Assembly (NCBI RefSeq): GCF_018350175.1
Contig: NC_058368.1
Location: 133,922,001 to 133,986,000, forward strand
DNA: 64,000 nt
DNA from: Felis catus
Lineage: Eukaryota
Direction of reading: 5' to 3'
Within the stretch, counting starts at the first letter, position 1, and each line of letters opens with the position of its first letter. Of this stretch, positions 60,875 to 64,000 are shown piece by piece. Below the pieces are notes generated by a model, which worked only from the letters and a program-made list of their open reading frames with translations, ran no database searches and had not been told where the DNA came from. Position numbers and translations under genes: made by a program.

Positions 60875-62318
60875 AAAAAAGTATCCCTCTGCTGTGTGTA
60901 CTGTAGGTGAGCAAGGAAGCAAACACAAACCTTGGGGGAAGTTATTTCAGTAATCAAGGTGAGAGATAATGGTGACTTGGACCAGAGTGATAGGTAGCAG
61001 CAGAGGTGGTGAGAAATGGGCAGAAATGGCTATATTGAGAAAATAAGGCCCATAGGATTTCTGGATAGACTGGATGTTGGCGGGAGGGTGAGGGACGGGG
61101 GAGATGTGTGTCAAAAATGACACCAACATTTTTGGTCTGAGCAACTGGAAGCTAGACTAAATTCAGAGTTTTGTCTGGAACTCCTACCCCAAACATCTTA
61201 ATTCCCTAAAGTCACTGGAACAGCTCACCAGCACTGAACTTTCCAGACAGCTGCACGGAGTTGTCATCCATCCTTCCCTGGAGAGTGTCTGATCCCTTCC
61301 CTAAACTTACGTCCTACTCCTCTTTCTGTCACATCTGTGCACAGGGGACTCGGTCAATTTGCCATCAGCACAATGCTCAGCCCACATTCCAGCTGTAACA
61401 CACTGTTGCAGTGCATCCTGGGGCTTCCTCTTGAGGTTGGTCTGACACTGTGGTGTTCCTTTGACCCTGGGCTCTGTGTTCACACCCAAGGCTCCAGGAG
61501 GTTGGCCTGATTATTATTTTGCAAAGAAAAGTTTCTCCTTGTTCTGTTCCAGAACAGTTGAGGTCATTCAGTAGCCCCCGAAACTCTCTGCTGGCCCAGG
61601 TGGCCTGGCCAAGTGCCATTTGAGGTAACTATGCCCTGTTTACTCAACTTCTTCCTGGACTTTTAATATTCTTATTGATGGGGCTTTGGACTAGTTTATA
61701 TGACAGGCTCGGTGAAAAGACCATTCCGTTAAGAAGCTGCAGCTGTTAAGAGAGAAGGCTCATTTTCCCTGCATATGTGCAGTTATGTGGGTATGCGTAT
61801 CGGGTGCTATAGGGCTTTGGGAAATGTTTTGGAGAGTCAGTGGCAAGAACAGTTGTCTAAGACCTTGTTTTGACCCAGTCGCTCACCCCACATAAGCCTC
61901 TCGGCAAGTAACACGAAGGGGTCAAGCATCTACTGTGTCTTCCCCCATGAGACTCAGGAGTGTCACTGTTTCTCCCACTTTTCAGTTGGCAAGAGGATCC
62001 TGTTTGTGGGTGCACCTGTGTCCATGAGCCCATATGTACACGTTCTTGGAAAGAAGTCTCTGGGAGGACTAAACTGAACTGACTCCCGACTGTTTGTTCA
62101 GGAGCAGTCAGTGTTTAATTTGCCAGCTTCCCCTTAATCGCACCCACAAGCTCTTCCAAATTCCACCCTGCCCCCCCATATCTCAGTATTCACCCAACTC
62201 TTGCCTGCCCTGCTCCCATGGCCCTTGCCCCTCCCCCACCTGGTGCCCAGTCTGACAAAATGCATTCTGGGTAGGCTGTGGAAAGATCCTGGAAGGGGGA
62301 GCTGAAGGCCCCTTGGGT

Positions 62319-62338
62319 ATGCAAATGAACCGGAAGTG
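62319..62338. promoter_or_regulatory. Octamer plus ETS composite site, candidate distal enhancer
   Basis: ATGCAAAT-ga-ACCGGAAGTG; both are perfect consensus sites. Confidence 0.4.
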
Positions 62339-62978
62339 CTGCAGTTGTCTGCTTAGGGAGCTGAAAATGGCGAAAAGAGGTGTGTGTTCCTTAGAGCTTT
62401 CAAAGTTACCTGACTCAAAAAGTGCTCATGAGGGGGACCGAGAGGTCTTTGGGAATGTCTCGAAACCTCTGGACATGTGGCCTTGCGCTCCCCAGAGTAA
62501 CATCTGAATTCACGCCTCCTGTGAGTTGTGCTCTTATTGGGGACTCCAGAAGGGTTGGGACTGGAGCCAAATGCAAGGGATTCCACCTTCTAGAAACATC
62601 CCGTGAACTAATGCAGAGCTGAGCCAGCTTGGGCCAAACTGTTGGGGCGCTGATTCAACACAGCTCATCGTAACTGGCTGAATTTAACTTTGCTTAGCAT
62701 GTAATCAAATTAAAGTGTGAGAAGATGTTTTTCTCCTTGTTTTGAAAGTGGTTGCAGCAAAACCCTTTATGAAGCCTTTACTCTTCCGTGTATTATTTAG
62801 ACTTGGTGGGGTCAGTGGGAGGTAGGTGTGATTTTATTTAGGAGAACGTGGGCTCTGGTGACACCATTTCTTCCAAATACCACACAACAGGGAGAGGTAA
62901 CAGTCTGCAGGGAGCTTGTCTCTGGGAATGCGAGTGGGGAGAAACACTTCTGAGCTCTCGTACAGCAGAACCCCAGCG

Positions 62979-62981
<3 letters not shown>

Positions 62982-63019
<38 letters not shown>

Positions 63020-63027
63020 CACGTGTG
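62982..63027. repeat. (TG)n(CG)n microsatellite
   Basis: tgtgtg...gtgcgcgcgcacgtgtg. Confidence 0.9.
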
Positions 63028-64000
63028 CTCCTGGGGTCTAGTTGATATAAAACTCTTGAATGCTGGAATGTCCTCTGATAAACTCCATGTCAACAGTTGT
63101 TTATTTAACATTTGCTTTGGGCCAGGAACCATTCTGAGGGCTTTGCATGTATTAGCTTAGATTTACAAGTTACTGACTATGTTAACAAAAAGCAAGTTGC
63201 CCAAGAGTATGCATTGTGTTCTTTTGTTCCTATAAGTAATGATTATATTGTATATATATTTGCAGGGGAGGGAAATCTACCGGAAGGGTATCTCCTAAAA
63301 TGGTATAGTGGTTGCCTTTTAGGAGACTGAGAGAGACTCCTCAACTTAGAACTTGGGGTGTGGGAGGGAGAGTTTTCATTCAGTACTTTTTTCAGAACTT
63401 TTGGTCTGTTTGAATTATTTTTAATCATGTGTGATGTATTCTTGTTTCAATAAAAAATACATTTATTTTGAAGGAGAATGAAATGAAACTTTATAGTCCA
63501 AGTCAACTTTGTGGATCAGACGCTAGGACTGAATCCTTGTGATGGACAAGTGCAAGGTAGTACAATGGCTACAGTACCAGGGGCAGGTTGCAGGGGAGAG
63601 GTTTGTGCAGGATGGTTTTGACACAAAGAAGCCTGTAAGCAATAGCTCCGAAGTCAAATTGGAGGGAGAATTGGAAATAGCAGTTAAAGTTCACTTGACA
63701 TGAATCACTGTCAAACTTAAATGTGCAATTTTGCACCTGTAACTCTCCTGCGATGTATATATTGTTCTGATTCCAAGATTGCCTCAGCCTGCAAGATTAG
63801 CCTGCCTCACTTTGTCATATGACTAGACTGAACCCCACTATGATGTGATTGTTACCACTTCTACAGATAGTCGGAAGTTTGGCCCAGTCATCTGATCCTC
63901 ACATACATAGATGGACATTACTGTGCAAGTGTTTTGAGAGGTTCAAGGCAAATGAGACCCAAGCCTGCCACTCTGAGGAGCCCACTGTCTTAGAGACAAC

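Larger units (their letters stand above)
59900..61150 (-). mobile_element. L2 fragment (interrupted by L1 and SINE)
   Basis: tatgccagac...cccatggaactttgcatttt...gacctgaaggaatgag...gagataatggtgacttggacc...aatgacaccaacatttttggtctgagcaactgg. Confidence 0.7.

Noticed and set aside
1..64000. CRISPR array, prokaryotic operon, or foreign/synthetic insert
   Set aside because: No repeat-spacer periodicity and no unexplained long ORF or compositional block; the window is consistent with the mammalian MAST4-CD180 locus.

Overview
Mammalian genomic DNA, very probably a felid, judged from felid-type CanSINEs carrying the 'gggctgatggctc[a/g]gagcctggagcctg' segment. It holds two convergent genes. (1) The last five coding exons and 3'UTR of MAST4 (+ strand): a PDZ domain, then a terminal exon with ~3.9 kb of coding sequence ending at TAA 18259. 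(2) The complete three-exon CD180/RP105 gene (- strand, ATG 44123 to TAG 30303; 90+167+1729 = 1986 nt = 661 aa; LRR ectodomain, TM helix, no TIR). The rest is intronic or intergenic DNA with about 20 CanSINEs, MIR/L2/L1 relics, LTR elements, hAT DNA-transposon relics and microsatellites. I see no evidence of a new biological system such as a novel gene, array or foreign insert. The best leads are regulatory and structural: a helically phased octamer triplet, a palindromic ETS pair and an Oct+ETS module upstream of CD180; a palindromic MER96B-like MITE; young SINE insertions with intact TSDs; nested transposon stacks; and a possible antisense exon. Repeat family names and human-ortholog comparisons are from memory, not from searches, and repeat boundaries are approximate unless a TSD is given.
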